NCBI GenBank assembly: GCA_963695335.1
Contig: OY968764.1
Location: 224,001 to 288,000, forward strand
Direction: 5' to 3'
Origin: an uncultured bacterium
Lineage (GTDB): Bacteria > Babelota > Babeliae > Babelales > Vermiphilaceae
DNA length: 64,000 bases
Position numbers and translations under genes: made by a program. The notes under the pieces were generated by a model that was not told the DNA's origin, searched no databases, and was given only the letters and a program-made list of their open reading frames with translations. The stretch's first letter is position 1, and each line of letters opens with the position of its first letter. This document shows positions 1 through 9,032 of this stretch, piece after piece.

Positions 1-136
1 TTGGACATACTTTTTTTAGTAATGAAAGAGAAAAATTTTCAACGCCAAGTTTAAGGGGCCCTACTCCGCTAAAGCTACGAAGGGCAAGTGCTAAACAATA
101 GGTATAAAAGAATTTTTTTTGAAATTGTATTTTCAT
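1..136 (-). CDS. 5' end of a gene running off the window (MKIQFQKKFFYTYCLALALRSFSGVGPLKLGVENF...), possibly DUF1343/NamZ-like
   Basis: ATG at 136 with upstream AAGGGAG RBS; frame open to the window edge; 'LKLGVEN' resembles DUF1343 N-termini (weak); carries a 33-nt repeat in frame. Confidence 0.55.
   Translation of the reverse strand, partial: MKIQFQKKFFYTYCLALALRSFSGVGPLKLGVENFSLSLLKKVCP
57..89 (-). repeat. 33-nt palindromic repeat (family B) in frame in a CDS
   Basis: Reverse complement ACTTGCCCTTCGTAGCTTTAGCGGAGTAGGGCC matches 33493-33525 at 32/33 nt. Confidence 0.9.
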
Positions 137-202
137 ATAATTCTCCCTTTTTTGTATATCCTCAAGATACGATTTTTCACAATATAAGAGCAATCCTTTC
201 CC

Positions 203-249
203 CCCGCTCGTCCTGAGTGCCCCCGCTAGGGAGGTGTATCGAAGGGTGC
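203..249 (+). repeat. REP-like palindromic repeat, family A long variant
   Basis: CCGCTCGTCCTGAG-[hairpin]-TGTATCGAAGGGTGC, similar to 46320, 46402 (rc) and 47443. Confidence 0.75.
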
Positions 250-318
250 AAAAAAACAATAACTCGTGATATTATTATCTCTATTACATTTTTAACTCGT
301 ATCACAGGAAAAAATATT

Positions 319-2679
319 ATGAAAAAAACAAGTTTACTTCTTCTTTGCACCTTACTCACCAACACCACCTTTGCGCACAACATATTTGATGATGTTCGCA
401 CCAAAAATAAAGAAGCACTCAAACAACGCTTACAAAATTGTGAAAATTGCGCAATCAAAGATGAACATGGCAATAATGCACTGCATATTGCCACACAAAA
501 CGGTGATCAAGAAATCATTGATATACTCACTACACCTGCCACATATGAAAATTGGTCAGATTGGCTGTATGCATGGCTCTATGCACCAGTACTACCCAAT
601 ATTGATGAACAAAACAATGACGGAAATTCGCCACTACTCTGTGCAACAGACAATGGTGATCTGACAACAGCTGAACAGTTGGTACAAAAAGGCGCTCGGA
701 TGGATATTGTTAATAAAAAAGGATTATCTCCAGCATTTCTTGCGGTACTCAAAGATGATCCACGTTTTATCCGTGTGTTTGTAGCTCACAAACTTAATTT
801 AGTTCAACATAAACGGAATGGTGATACTGTTTTTCATACAGCAGTAAAAGAAAAAAAACCAAATTCCATATATTATTGTGCACAGAAAACATCATTACAC
901 AATATCACCAACAGAGATCATAAAACACCAACATTTATTGCTATTGATGCTGAAGATGATGTACTGAAAATTTTTACCAAAGAACAGCTCAACGCTTCTT
1001 CAACATCAATAGGCATAAAACCAATCCATTACGCAACACAACAGAATAAATATAACGCTATACATTATTTACTGAATAATAACATCTCTGTGAATGAACC
1101 AGATGCGCAAGGTAATACTCCAATCTTCTATGCCAATAATGAAACAACGCTCAATTTTCTTTTGCAACGCAATGCAGATATACATAAACGTAACAACAGA
1201 GGAGAAGACATTCTTGCTATTGCTACCCACAACAACAATATTCCACTTATAACCGCTCTTATGCAAAAACATAATGTTGATATTGATGCACGAGACAACA
1301 AAGGTCAAACATCATTAATGCGCGCAACGATTGAACAAAATTATGAAATGATGGCAACTCTTATAAGCAATAAAGCAAATATTCGCATCACTGATAATAC
1401 ACGCGAAAATATTCTCCATAAAATAGCGCGTAATGGTGATCAAAAAGCTGCAAGAATAGTACTTGATCATGAAAAGGCATTGCTCACGGATTTAAATAAA
1501 AACGGTGATACACCAATTTTTGTTGCTATTCAAAATGGAAATATGACATGTACTGAATTTTTGATTGATGCAGGTTCACGTATCGACACAATCAATAATG
1601 AAGGGAATACAATTCTTCATGAATTGATTAAACAAAACAATAGCTGGTTACTCACTAAAGTACTGAGAAAAATAGATTACAACATTATTAATCACAAAAA
1701 TAAAAACAGTGAATTTCCACTCTCCCTTGCAGCACAACATGATAATATTGAAGCAATTAAAGCACTCATAGTGTGCAAAGCAAATACGTATACCATTGAT
1801 GCAGATGGGAACAATATTGCTCATATTGCTGCAAAACATAGTAGTCTTAAAACGCTGCAATATCTCCAATCTCGGCAAGATCTGTTGCGATCACACAACC
1901 ATTATGGAGAAACTCCTTTTATATGTGGAGCAAAACATGGTCAACTTGAAACAACACAACTATTACTCACGGAAGAGCATTTTATCAATGGCGATGTTAT
2001 CAACCTCATTAATGCTATGAAAGATCGCTATTTTGCTTGGGATACGCATTATCACGTCTACAGTTTTCTTACCCAACAACACAATAACCGTGTATCTGAA
2101 TGCCAAAACATTGTGATAATCGCACAATCAACACAGAATATTATAAAAGAAAATAATAACATATCAAAAATAATATCTGAAAAAACATTTCAACATCCAT
2201 ATAATCCAGAATCATTAGGTTCATATTATTCAGAAAATGATCTGTATAAAATGATGCAAACAGACCGCAATAAGATTAAAAATATGTATGTAGAACGCCA
2301 AAACAGAACAATCACAACAAAAAAAGCGTTAGAGCAAAGATTTCATGCAATTACTCTCGAAGAACAAGCACGCATTGACCAGCAAAAGCAAAGCGTAGAA
2401 GAGCTCAAAGAAAAAGCACGTATTGATGCTCTCAAAGAAGAACTCATCAAAGCTGCGGCACAAAAGGCACAAGAAAAACCTGAACATAGCCCATTTGAAC
2501 CTACAATTGCTCAGGACACTGATACACAAGCATCATGCTGCATCTGCTTTGAAGATGATCAACAATTATTAAGAAAAATTCCATGCAAAAATGCACACAG
2601 TGATCATATTTGTGGAGCATGCCTCAAAGCACCATCAATTACAACATGTCCAATTTGTAGAGGACCGATAACAAAATAA
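319..2679 (+). CDS. Signal-peptide ankyrin-repeat protein with coiled coil and C-terminal RING finger (candidate E3 ligase effector)
   Basis: N-terminus MKKTSLLLLCTLLTNTTFA after AGGA RBS; many GxT/SPLxxA ankyrin units; C-terminal CCIC..C..H..CGAC..CPIC. Confidence 0.88.
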   Translation: MKKTSLLLLCTLLTNTTFAHNIFDDVRTKNKEALKQRLQNCENCAIKDEHGNNALHIATQNGDQEIIDILTTPATYENWSDWLYAWLYAPVLPNIDEQNNDGNSPLLCATDNGDLTTAEQLVQKGARMDIVNKKGLSPAFLAVLKDDPRFIRVFVAHKLNLVQHKRNGDTVFHTAVKEKKPNSIYYCAQKTSLHNITNRDHKTPTFIAIDAEDDVLKIFTKEQLNASSTSIGIKPIHYATQQNKYNAIHYLLNNNISVNEPDAQGNTPIFYANNETTLNFLLQRNADIHKRNNRGEDILAIATHNNNIPLITALMQKHNVDIDARDNKGQTSLMRATIEQNYEMMATLISNKANIRITDNTRENILHKIARNGDQKAARIVLDHEKALLTDLNKNGDTPIFVAIQNGNMTCTEFLIDAGSRIDTINNEGNTILHELIKQNNSWLLTKVLRKIDYNIINHKNKNSEFPLSLAAQHDNIEAIKALIVCKANTYTIDADGNNIAHIAAKHSSLKTLQYLQSRQDLLRSHNHYGETPFICGAKHGQLETTQLLLTEEHFINGDVINLINAMKDRYFAWDTHYHVYSFLTQQHNNRVSECQNIVIIAQSTQNIIKENNNISKIISEKTFQHPYNPESLGSYYSENDLYKMMQTDRNKIKNMYVERQNRTITTKKALEQRFHAITLEEQARIDQQKQSVEELKEKARIDALKEELIKAAAQKAQEKPEHSPFEPTIAQDTDTQASCCICFEDDQQLLRKIPCKNAHSDHICGACLKAPSITTCPICRGPITK

Positions 2680-2693
2680 AATACAATATTTCC

Positions 2694-2725
2694 CCGTTCG
2701 TGCTGAGCCTGTCGAGGCATACAAA
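2694..2725 (+). repeat. REP-like palindromic repeat, family A
   Basis: CCGTTCGTGCTGAGCCTGTCGAGGCATACAAA, near-identical to 49126-49158. Confidence 0.85.
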
Positions 2726-2737
2726 CAATTTTAAAGT

Positions 2738-2772
2738 AAAAGAGCTGCAGAAAATTCCGCAGCTCTCTTTTT
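2738..2772. terminator. Bidirectional intrinsic terminator
   Basis: AGAGCTGC...GCAGCTCT stem with A/T tracts between convergent genes. Confidence 0.7.
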
Positions 2773-2799
2773 ATTATGAATGCAATTTTAATAGCTAAT

Positions 2800-3072
2800 C
2801 TAATTATAAATATCTCTTCGATGACCAACGGCAGAGATACAAATTTGTTTCTTTTGACTATCAACTGAAAAAATAATTCTATAATCACCAACTCTCAATC
2901 TATAAAGATTTGGATACCCCTTCAGTTTTTTAATATCACTATTTTCATGCAAAGATACTAAAACATCTATCTGCTTTATAATAGATTTTTGGGTAGACAA
3001 AGGTAGTTTTTCGAAACTCTTATGCGCAGATTTAAGCCATACAACAATAAAATTTTCAAAATTACTAGCCAT
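2800..3072 (-). CDS. RelE/ParE-family toxin
   Basis: KKLKG..LYRLRVGDYRIIF...VGHRRDIY signature. Confidence 0.9.
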   Translation of the reverse strand: MASNFENFIVVWLKSAHKSFEKLPLSTQKSIIKQIDVLVSLHENSDIKKLKGYPNLYRLRVGDYRIIFSVDSQKKQICISAVGHRRDIYN

Positions 3073-3293
3073 TACTTTTTCCTACTTATTTTCTTCTTAA
3101 CAGCCTCATGCGTAATATACTCATCTTCATCTTGTAATGCTTTATGAGCAATAGATCCAAAATAAAGATCTTCTATTTCTTCCAAAAGCTTTTCAAAAGT
3201 TAAAATATCAAGAATAACGCCTGTTTTTTTACCAGCTTTATCCACAATATATTGAGGAGTAATTTTAGACAAAAAAGCTTTATTTTTTAACAT
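3072..3293 (-). CDS. Cognate RelB-like antitoxin
   Basis: 73 aa; overlaps toxin start (TAATG); 'YIVDKAGKKTGVIL..FEKLLEEIED' typical of this antitoxin class. Confidence 0.75.
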   Translation of the reverse strand: MLKNKAFLSKITPQYIVDKAGKKTGVILDILTFEKLLEEIEDLYFGSIAHKALQDEDEYITHEAVKKKISRKK

Positions 3294-3307
3294 ATATCCC
3301 TCTATTG

Positions 3308-3344
3308 AAAAAAAGAGTTACAGAAATTCTGTAACTCTTTTTTT
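3308..3344. terminator. Intrinsic terminator of hppA
   Basis: Perfect inverted repeat AAAAAAAGAGTTACAGAA/TTCTGTAACTCTTTTTTT. Confidence 0.8.
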
Positions 3345-3357
3345 ATTTACAATCAAT

Positions 3358-5328
3358 TTATCCAACTAATACCAGCAGCAATGAAACAATAGACATCAAC
3401 TTAATTAAAATATTAAGCGCTGGTCCAGATGTATCCTTGAAAGGGTCGCCCACCGTGTCACCAATAACAGCTGACATGTGTGCAACAGATCCTTTGCCAC
3501 CCATGTGACCCGCTTCAATATATTTCTTAGCATTATCCCATGCACCACCAGCATTTGCCATCAACAGTGCAAGTAAAACACCTACAACGGTTGAACCAAC
3601 AAGTACACCACCAAGAACATGAATACCAAGTGTATATTTAACAACAACTGGAACAGAAATTGTTAACACACCAGGCAACACCATTTCTTTTAATGATGCT
3701 TTGGTACTGATCGCAACACAACGTTCATAATCAGGTTGTGCTGTACCCGCCATAATGCCAGGAATTTCTTTAAACTGACGACGAACTTCCATCACCATTT
3801 TCATTGCAGCATCACCAACAGAACGCATAGTAAGGGCTGAAACAACAAATGGAACTGTTCCTCCAATAAAAATACCGATCAAAATATATGGATCTAAAAC
3901 ATTAAGCATTTCAATATTTGCTTGTTGCGCATATGCAGAAAGTATTGCAAGCGCAGTAAGCAATGCTGAACCAATTGCAAAACCTTTACCAATTGCCGCA
4001 GTGGTGTTACCTAATGCATCAAGTTTATCAGTAATTTTTCTGACTTCTGGTCCAAAACCTGCCATTTCAGCAATACCACCAGCATTATCTGCAATAGGAC
4101 CATATGCATCAACAGTCATAGTAATACCCACCGTTGCAAGCATAGAAACTGCTGCAATAGAAATACCGTATAATCCACCGTAATAATGCGCTGCTAAAAC
4201 AATAAGTCCTAAAATAATAACCGGAGCAGCCGTTGATTCCATACCAACAGAAAGACCATAGATAATATTAGTTGCTGCACCAGAACGTGAAGTTTCAGCA
4301 ATGTTAATGACTGGTTTGCCACTTGTATAATATTCAGCAACTGCACCAATCACAACACCAGACAAACAACCAAGTGCAATGGGGATAAATAGTTCCATTG
4401 CAACACCATGGACCGTTTGATACCAATATGTTCCACCAAGAAATGCTACAATCGCCACATAGGTTGCATTACGTAACATAGCTGCAGGACTGCTCTGTAA
4501 AACTAAATTGAAAAGTAATCCTACAACAGAACTGATTAAACCAATTCCTGCAAGTACTAATGGGAACAACACATATTGAGGTGTCATTTGTGAACCAATT
4601 GCCAAAATTGCTGTTGAAACAATTGCTCCAACATATGATTCATAAATATCAGCGCCCATACCTGCTGTATCACCAACACAATCACCAACGTTGTCAGCAA
4701 TTACCGCTGGGTTACGAGGATCATCTTCTGGAATACCTGATTCCACTTTACCCACCAGATCAGCTCCAACATCTGCTGATTTTGTGAAAATACCCCCACC
4801 AACACGTGCAAAGAATGCAACTAAACTTGCACCAAGGCTAAAACATGTTAATAAGGTAACAAATTCAGGATGATCGCCAAATAAATAAAAAATTTTGACA
4901 AGCGCAAGTAAACCAAAACTTGCAACAGCAAAACCCATTACACCACCACCATAAAATGCAACCATAAACGCAGCAGATTCACCACCTTCACGTGCTGCAC
5001 TTGTTGTGCGTACATTTGCAGATGTCGCTGCAATCATTCCAACAAAACCAATTAACATAGAGATAAATGCGCCAGAAACAAATATAAGAGCCGCTAACCA
5101 ACTCTTAAATATTACTCCTAAAATAATTGCAACAACAGCAACCACCATTGCAATTACTCTATATTCTTCACGTAAAAACGTCATTGCACCTGCATGAATT
5201 GCAGCTGCAATCTGCTCGGCTTTGTGATTATTAACCGATAATCGGTTAATCGAACAAAATAAAATTGCTACGACCAGCAGGCCGAGCAATGCTATCATGC
5301 CCAAAACTATTAAATGCATCAAAATCAT
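3358..5328 (-). CDS. hppA: Membrane-integral pyrophosphatase, K+-dependent, probably Na+-translocating
   Basis: [54 protein letters not shown] motifs. Confidence 0.96.
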   Translation of the reverse strand: MILMHLIVLGMIALLGLLVVAILFCSINRLSVNNHKAEQIAAAIHAGAMTFLREEYRVIAMVVAVVAIILGVIFKSWLAALIFVSGAFISMLIGFVGMIAATSANVRTTSAAREGGESAAFMVAFYGGGVMGFAVASFGLLALVKIFYLFGDHPEFVTLLTCFSLGASLVAFFARVGGGIFTKSADVGADLVGKVESGIPEDDPRNPAVIADNVGDCVGDTAGMGADIYESYVGAIVSTAILAIGSQMTPQYVLFPLVLAGIGLISSVVGLLFNLVLQSSPAAMLRNATYVAIVAFLGGTYWYQTVHGVAMELFIPIALGCLSGVVIGAVAEYYTSGKPVINIAETSRSGAATNIIYGLSVGMESTAAPVIILGLIVLAAHYYGGLYGISIAAVSMLATVGITMTVDAYGPIADNAGGIAEMAGFGPEVRKITDKLDALGNTTAAIGKGFAIGSALLTALAILSAYAQQANIEMLNVLDPYILIGIFIGGTVPFVVSALTMRSVGDAAMKMVMEVRRQFKEIPGIMAGTAQPDYERCVAISTKASLKEMVLPGVLTISVPVVVKYTLGIHVLGGVLVGSTVVGVLLALLMANAGGAWDNAKKYIEAGHMGGKGSVAHMSAVIGDTVGDPFKDTSGPALNILIKLMSIVSLLLVLVG

Positions 5329-5486
5329 ATTCCTCCCTCAATAAAAATATACACTTTTTTAATACGCATATGATTGTACGATCAAATGGCCTTTCTGTAA
5401 ATACAACAACTGTAAAAAAAAATAACTACTCAACAAAAAAACCCTATTTTTGCAAACAAGGGTTTTTTCTATTTCAAGTATATCAA

Positions 5487-6353
5487 TTATAATTTGGAGG
5501 GTTTCACTCTTTTCAAATAAGCATCCCAGCCGGCTTTTTTATAACGTTGTGCTTCTACAAGCGGATCTTTGGCTTGCAAAATACCTCTGCCAACAATAAT
5601 AATATCACTACCAAGTTCATTGATAACTTTATCTGGAGTTAAATATTGTTGCCCAAATGCATCACCACCTTCAGCCATTTGCACACCAGGAGTAAAATGA
5701 AGCAATCCAGGATTATCAGATAATTTTTCGCGACAAATAACACCAATAACATTATTTGAATGTTGCAACGCTAATTTGACTGTGTGTGTTGTATAATCAC
5801 CTTGCGCAAGCGTGTTGGCGCTACTCATTTGTGCAAGTAAAAGAAATGCTGCATCTTTTGTTTTTTCTGTTGATTTAAGTGCTTGCAATGTACCATCACC
5901 TGCTATGCTGTGTACGGTAACCATATCAGCCCAGTCTGCAATGCGGAATATTCCACCGGTGTATTGTTTTAAAGCAATCGTTCCGATATCAGCAAATTTA
6001 CGATCTTCCCAAATTAAAAAATTATGTTTCTTCGCAAGAGCACACAATTGTGCCGGAAAATCTTTATCATAATCATCAATTGCATCACAATGTACTTTTA
6101 AAACAGATATTTCTGGCCCAACCAAATCTGCCAACTCAAAAAGCTTATTCTTTTGTGTAACATCTGCGGAAAAGATAAGATTAGTTTTTTTTGCATCCAT
6201 AATAGTGAGCAAACGTTGTGCAATCGGATTAGTGCAATAAGTTGCACGTTGCTTATATGTTAATACTTTATCTTGGAAATCCATTGCGATTAGACGAGAA
6301 CAATTACTCAAACAAACGATAAGTGTTATTAAAACAAAACATTTTTTAAACAT
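5487..6353 (-). CDS. pyrF: Orotidine-5'-phosphate decarboxylase, URA3/UMPS-like, with signal-peptide-like N-terminus
   Basis: EDRKFADIG catalytic motif; TYKQRA..NPIAQRLL.IM..KKTNL..SADV; GQQYLTP; IIVGRG. Confidence 0.93.
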   Translation of the reverse strand: MFKKCFVLITLIVCLSNCSRLIAMDFQDKVLTYKQRATYCTNPIAQRLLTIMDAKKTNLIFSADVTQKNKLFELADLVGPEISVLKVHCDAIDDYDKDFPAQLCALAKKHNFLIWEDRKFADIGTIALKQYTGGIFRIADWADMVTVHSIAGDGTLQALKSTEKTKDAAFLLLAQMSSANTLAQGDYTTHTVKLALQHSNNVIGVICREKLSDNPGLLHFTPGVQMAEGGDAFGQQYLTPDKVINELGSDIIIVGRGILQAKDPLVEAQRYKKAGWDAYLKRVKPSKL

Positions 6354-6375
6354 GTATATAGTTTTTTCTTTTTAA

Positions 6376-8001
6376 TTATAATTTACTACGTGATTGTAAT
6401 TGAAATGTTTTATATAAGCTCAATAACTCTTGCAACATAAACAGCGCATGGAAATTATATCCTGCTTTCGTAATATTTTCTCTCCCACCTTGCTGGCGAT
6501 CAATAAGTCCAATAATATCTTTAACTTGCAAACCAGCAGATTCTACTATTTTAACCGTTTCTAAAACACTTGAACCTGTCGTTATAACATCTTCAATAAT
6601 CAAACATTTTTGCCCTGATGTATACACACCTTCAATCATCTTTTTTGTTCCATGATCCTTTGCTTGTTGACGCGCCATCACCATTGGTATACCTGAAAGC
6701 ATAGAAAGCATAGTAGTTATTGGAACTGCTGCATACGGCACAGGACACAATACATCTGCACCATATTGTCGTTGAATACCGTTAAAGCACAGAGCCAAAT
6801 CGCGTAAAATATCTGGATGTGATATTGCAAGGCGCATATCAACATAATTATTTGAACGAATACCACTTTTCAAAACAAAATCACCAAACTTAATAACACC
6901 AATATCAAACAATTTATGAGCTAACTTTTCTTTACGTGTATGTTTTATCAATGCTTGTTCATGATATTGTGCTGCAAGACATGGGTTACTCATCATACCG
7001 GTTGCAGCAAGTGCAACCGCTGCACCTGCCTTCAAAAATTGTGAAAAATGAGATGGCATAGTAATTCCTCCTACTCCTAAAAGGACAAGATTAAGATTTT
7101 CTTTGTGTATGATTGTAGAAGCTCTGTTTATAAAATCAAGCGCCAATTGCCGAATAGGCGCCCCTGAAACTCCAGCCATAATGCGTGTGCCAAATGTTGG
7201 GCAACCATCACTGTTAATAACTTTCATCGGAACAGAATTAATACCAACAACACCTCTGACACCGGCTTTTGCAGCTGCAATTAACGCAGACTTCATTACT
7301 GAAACATCTGTAAAAACACCACATTTTATAATTACTGGAACATCAGATGTAACCGTTTGTACCACATTGTGCGCTATAACAAAAATATCATCAGGTCGTG
7401 TATATATTGGTTCGTTATGGGTATTTAAATTGGGACATGAAAAATTTGCTTCAATAATATCTGCTCCACTATCCTTTGTTAATTGCGCTGTTTTTATCCA
7501 TTCCTCAACACTGTTACCAAATATAGAAACAATCAGAACCTGACCTTCTAATAAAGATTGTTTAGCTTTTGTAATATCGTTACGTGTATATTCACTATCC
7601 ATAGATGGATTGCCAAAAGAATTTGCAAGAGAAATCTCTGCAATGTTTTCGGGTTTCTTGTTGTATGCCATCACTGTTTTACCAATATCATCATATGTTA
7701 ATGGTGAAGATCTTTGAACATATCGTATATTCGGTGCCGGATGTGCATCATGTTCATAACAACGAACGGTTTTATACGTTAAAACATCATAACCTGATCG
7801 CGCTGCTAACCAAATTCCTTTACTATCAGTGGTTGCACGTGCAGATATTCCAATAGGTGAAGCAATTTTATACCCAAGAAAATCATGCCAATCTTCTTTG
7901 GGTGCGCGATGAATTATTGGCAATTTGATTTCAGCAGTGTGAACTAATGGAATAATGGTCATGCACAACAATAATACACATCTGAATATCAATAATCTCA
8001 T
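6376..8001 (-). CDS. pyrD-pyrE: Class 1 dihydroorotate dehydrogenase fused to orotate phosphoribosyltransferase, with signal-peptide-like N-terminus
   Basis: TYKTV, NSFG, EANFSCPN, GVSG, GVGGI (DHOD); FGDFVLKSG..S..YVDMR, KDHGTKK, IIEDVITTGSS (OPRT); GGGAG RBS before ATG 8001. Confidence 0.9.
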   Translation of the reverse strand: MRLLIFRCVLLLCMTIIPLVHTAEIKLPIIHRAPKEDWHDFLGYKIASPIGISARATTDSKGIWLAARSGYDVLTYKTVRCYEHDAHPAPNIRYVQRSSPLTYDDIGKTVMAYNKKPENIAEISLANSFGNPSMDSEYTRNDITKAKQSLLEGQVLIVSIFGNSVEEWIKTAQLTKDSGADIIEANFSCPNLNTHNEPIYTRPDDIFVIAHNVVQTVTSDVPVIIKCGVFTDVSVMKSALIAAAKAGVRGVVGINSVPMKVINSDGCPTFGTRIMAGVSGAPIRQLALDFINRASTIIHKENLNLVLLGVGGITMPSHFSQFLKAGAAVALAATGMMSNPCLAAQYHEQALIKHTRKEKLAHKLFDIGVIKFGDFVLKSGIRSNNYVDMRLAISHPDILRDLALCFNGIQRQYGADVLCPVPYAAVPITTMLSMLSGIPMVMARQQAKDHGTKKMIEGVYTSGQKCLIIEDVITTGSSVLETVKIVESAGLQVKDIIGLIDRQQGGRENITKAGYNFHALFMLQELLSLYKTFQLQSRSKL

Positions 8002-8104
8002 AACTACTCCCTTTTTTAAAAAATAATATGTTGAAGCTTGAAAAGACGCCCAAGACATATTAGATTTGTTGAGAAATTTATACAACCATAAAAAAGGAAG
8101 CTGT

Positions 8105-8983
8105 ATGCAAGATACATTGATGTACGATTATATCGCCAAAAGAATGCGAACGTTTTTTCTCGAACAAAAAAATTTTGTTGAAGTGCCTGCACAGTCACGA
8201 CTCTCTATTTTAGCCGCATGCGAAGATCCCAAAACTATTACTCAATTTGTTTTCAGCGGCGTCAATTATCCACTCCCCCAAACAGGCCAAATGTGGCTTG
8301 AAGTTGAACTACTTAAAAATCCAACGCTCCCGGGAGTGTTCTGTGCAACAACAAGTTATCGCAATGAACCGTTCCCTATTCCAGGTCGTCACGATAAAAT
8401 TTTTCCGATGATAGAATTTGAATCACATGGCACCATTGATGAGATGAGAAAATTGGAAGCAGAACTTCTTGAATTTCTTGGTTTTGAAGCGCCAGTATGT
8501 GTGCAATACAATGATATTTGTAAACAATACGAAACTGATAATATTAGTGCAGAATACGAAACACAAATGGCACGCGATATTAGCCCAGTGATTAGTCTTG
8601 AAAATTTCCCAATACGTACACATCCATTTTGGAATATGAAGCATAACGCAGAAGGCATTTTTAATAAAATTGATGTGATTTTATACGGCATGGAAACAAT
8701 AGGATCAGCAGAACGCTCAACAAATGTTGAAGAAATGCGTGATTACTTCTTTAATATTTCCAACGGCCAGTATGCACAGCTATTGTTCAGCTCTTTTGGT
8801 AAAGACCGCGTGATCAAAGAACTTGATGAATATTTATCATTGCCTATGATTCCACGCTTTGGAGGTGGCATTGGAGTTACGCGTATGGCACGTGCTATGG
8901 CACTGGCTGGTATTGGTCCTAAAGTTGCAAACACAGATTTTATCAAGCCACAACCGAACCGCATACACGAACAACAATTATAA
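8105..8983 (+). CDS. Class IIb aaRS catalytic-domain-only paralog (AsnRS2 / asparagine synthetase A-like)
   Basis: Motif 2 SYRNEP...RH..IFPMIEFE and motif 3 PRFGGGIGVTR; about 290 aa, no anticodon-binding domain. Confidence 0.75.
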   Translation: MQDTLMYDYIAKRMRTFFLEQKNFVEVPAQSRLSILAACEDPKTITQFVFSGVNYPLPQTGQMWLEVELLKNPTLPGVFCATTSYRNEPFPIPGRHDKIFPMIEFESHGTIDEMRKLEAELLEFLGFEAPVCVQYNDICKQYETDNISAEYETQMARDISPVISLENFPIRTHPFWNMKHNAEGIFNKIDVILYGMETIGSAERSTNVEEMRDYFFNISNGQYAQLLFSSFGKDRVIKELDEYLSLPMIPRFGGGIGVTRMARAMALAGIGPKVANTDFIKPQPNRIHEQQL

Positions 8984-8992
8984 ATTTTGCTC

Positions 8993-9029
8993 AAAAAAAA
9001 TGTCCTATCTATGTAGATAGGCATTTTTT
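8993..9029. terminator. Bidirectional terminator
   Basis: CCTATCTA-TG-TAGATAGG stem flanked by A/T tracts between convergent genes. Confidence 0.7.
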
Positions 9030-9032
9030 ATT

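Noticed and set aside
8105..8983. EpmA (EF-P lysyl ligase), since efp has the KPGKG motif
   Set aside because: Lacks the LysRS-like TSPE and HNPEF motifs and looks AsnRS-derived; not linked to efp
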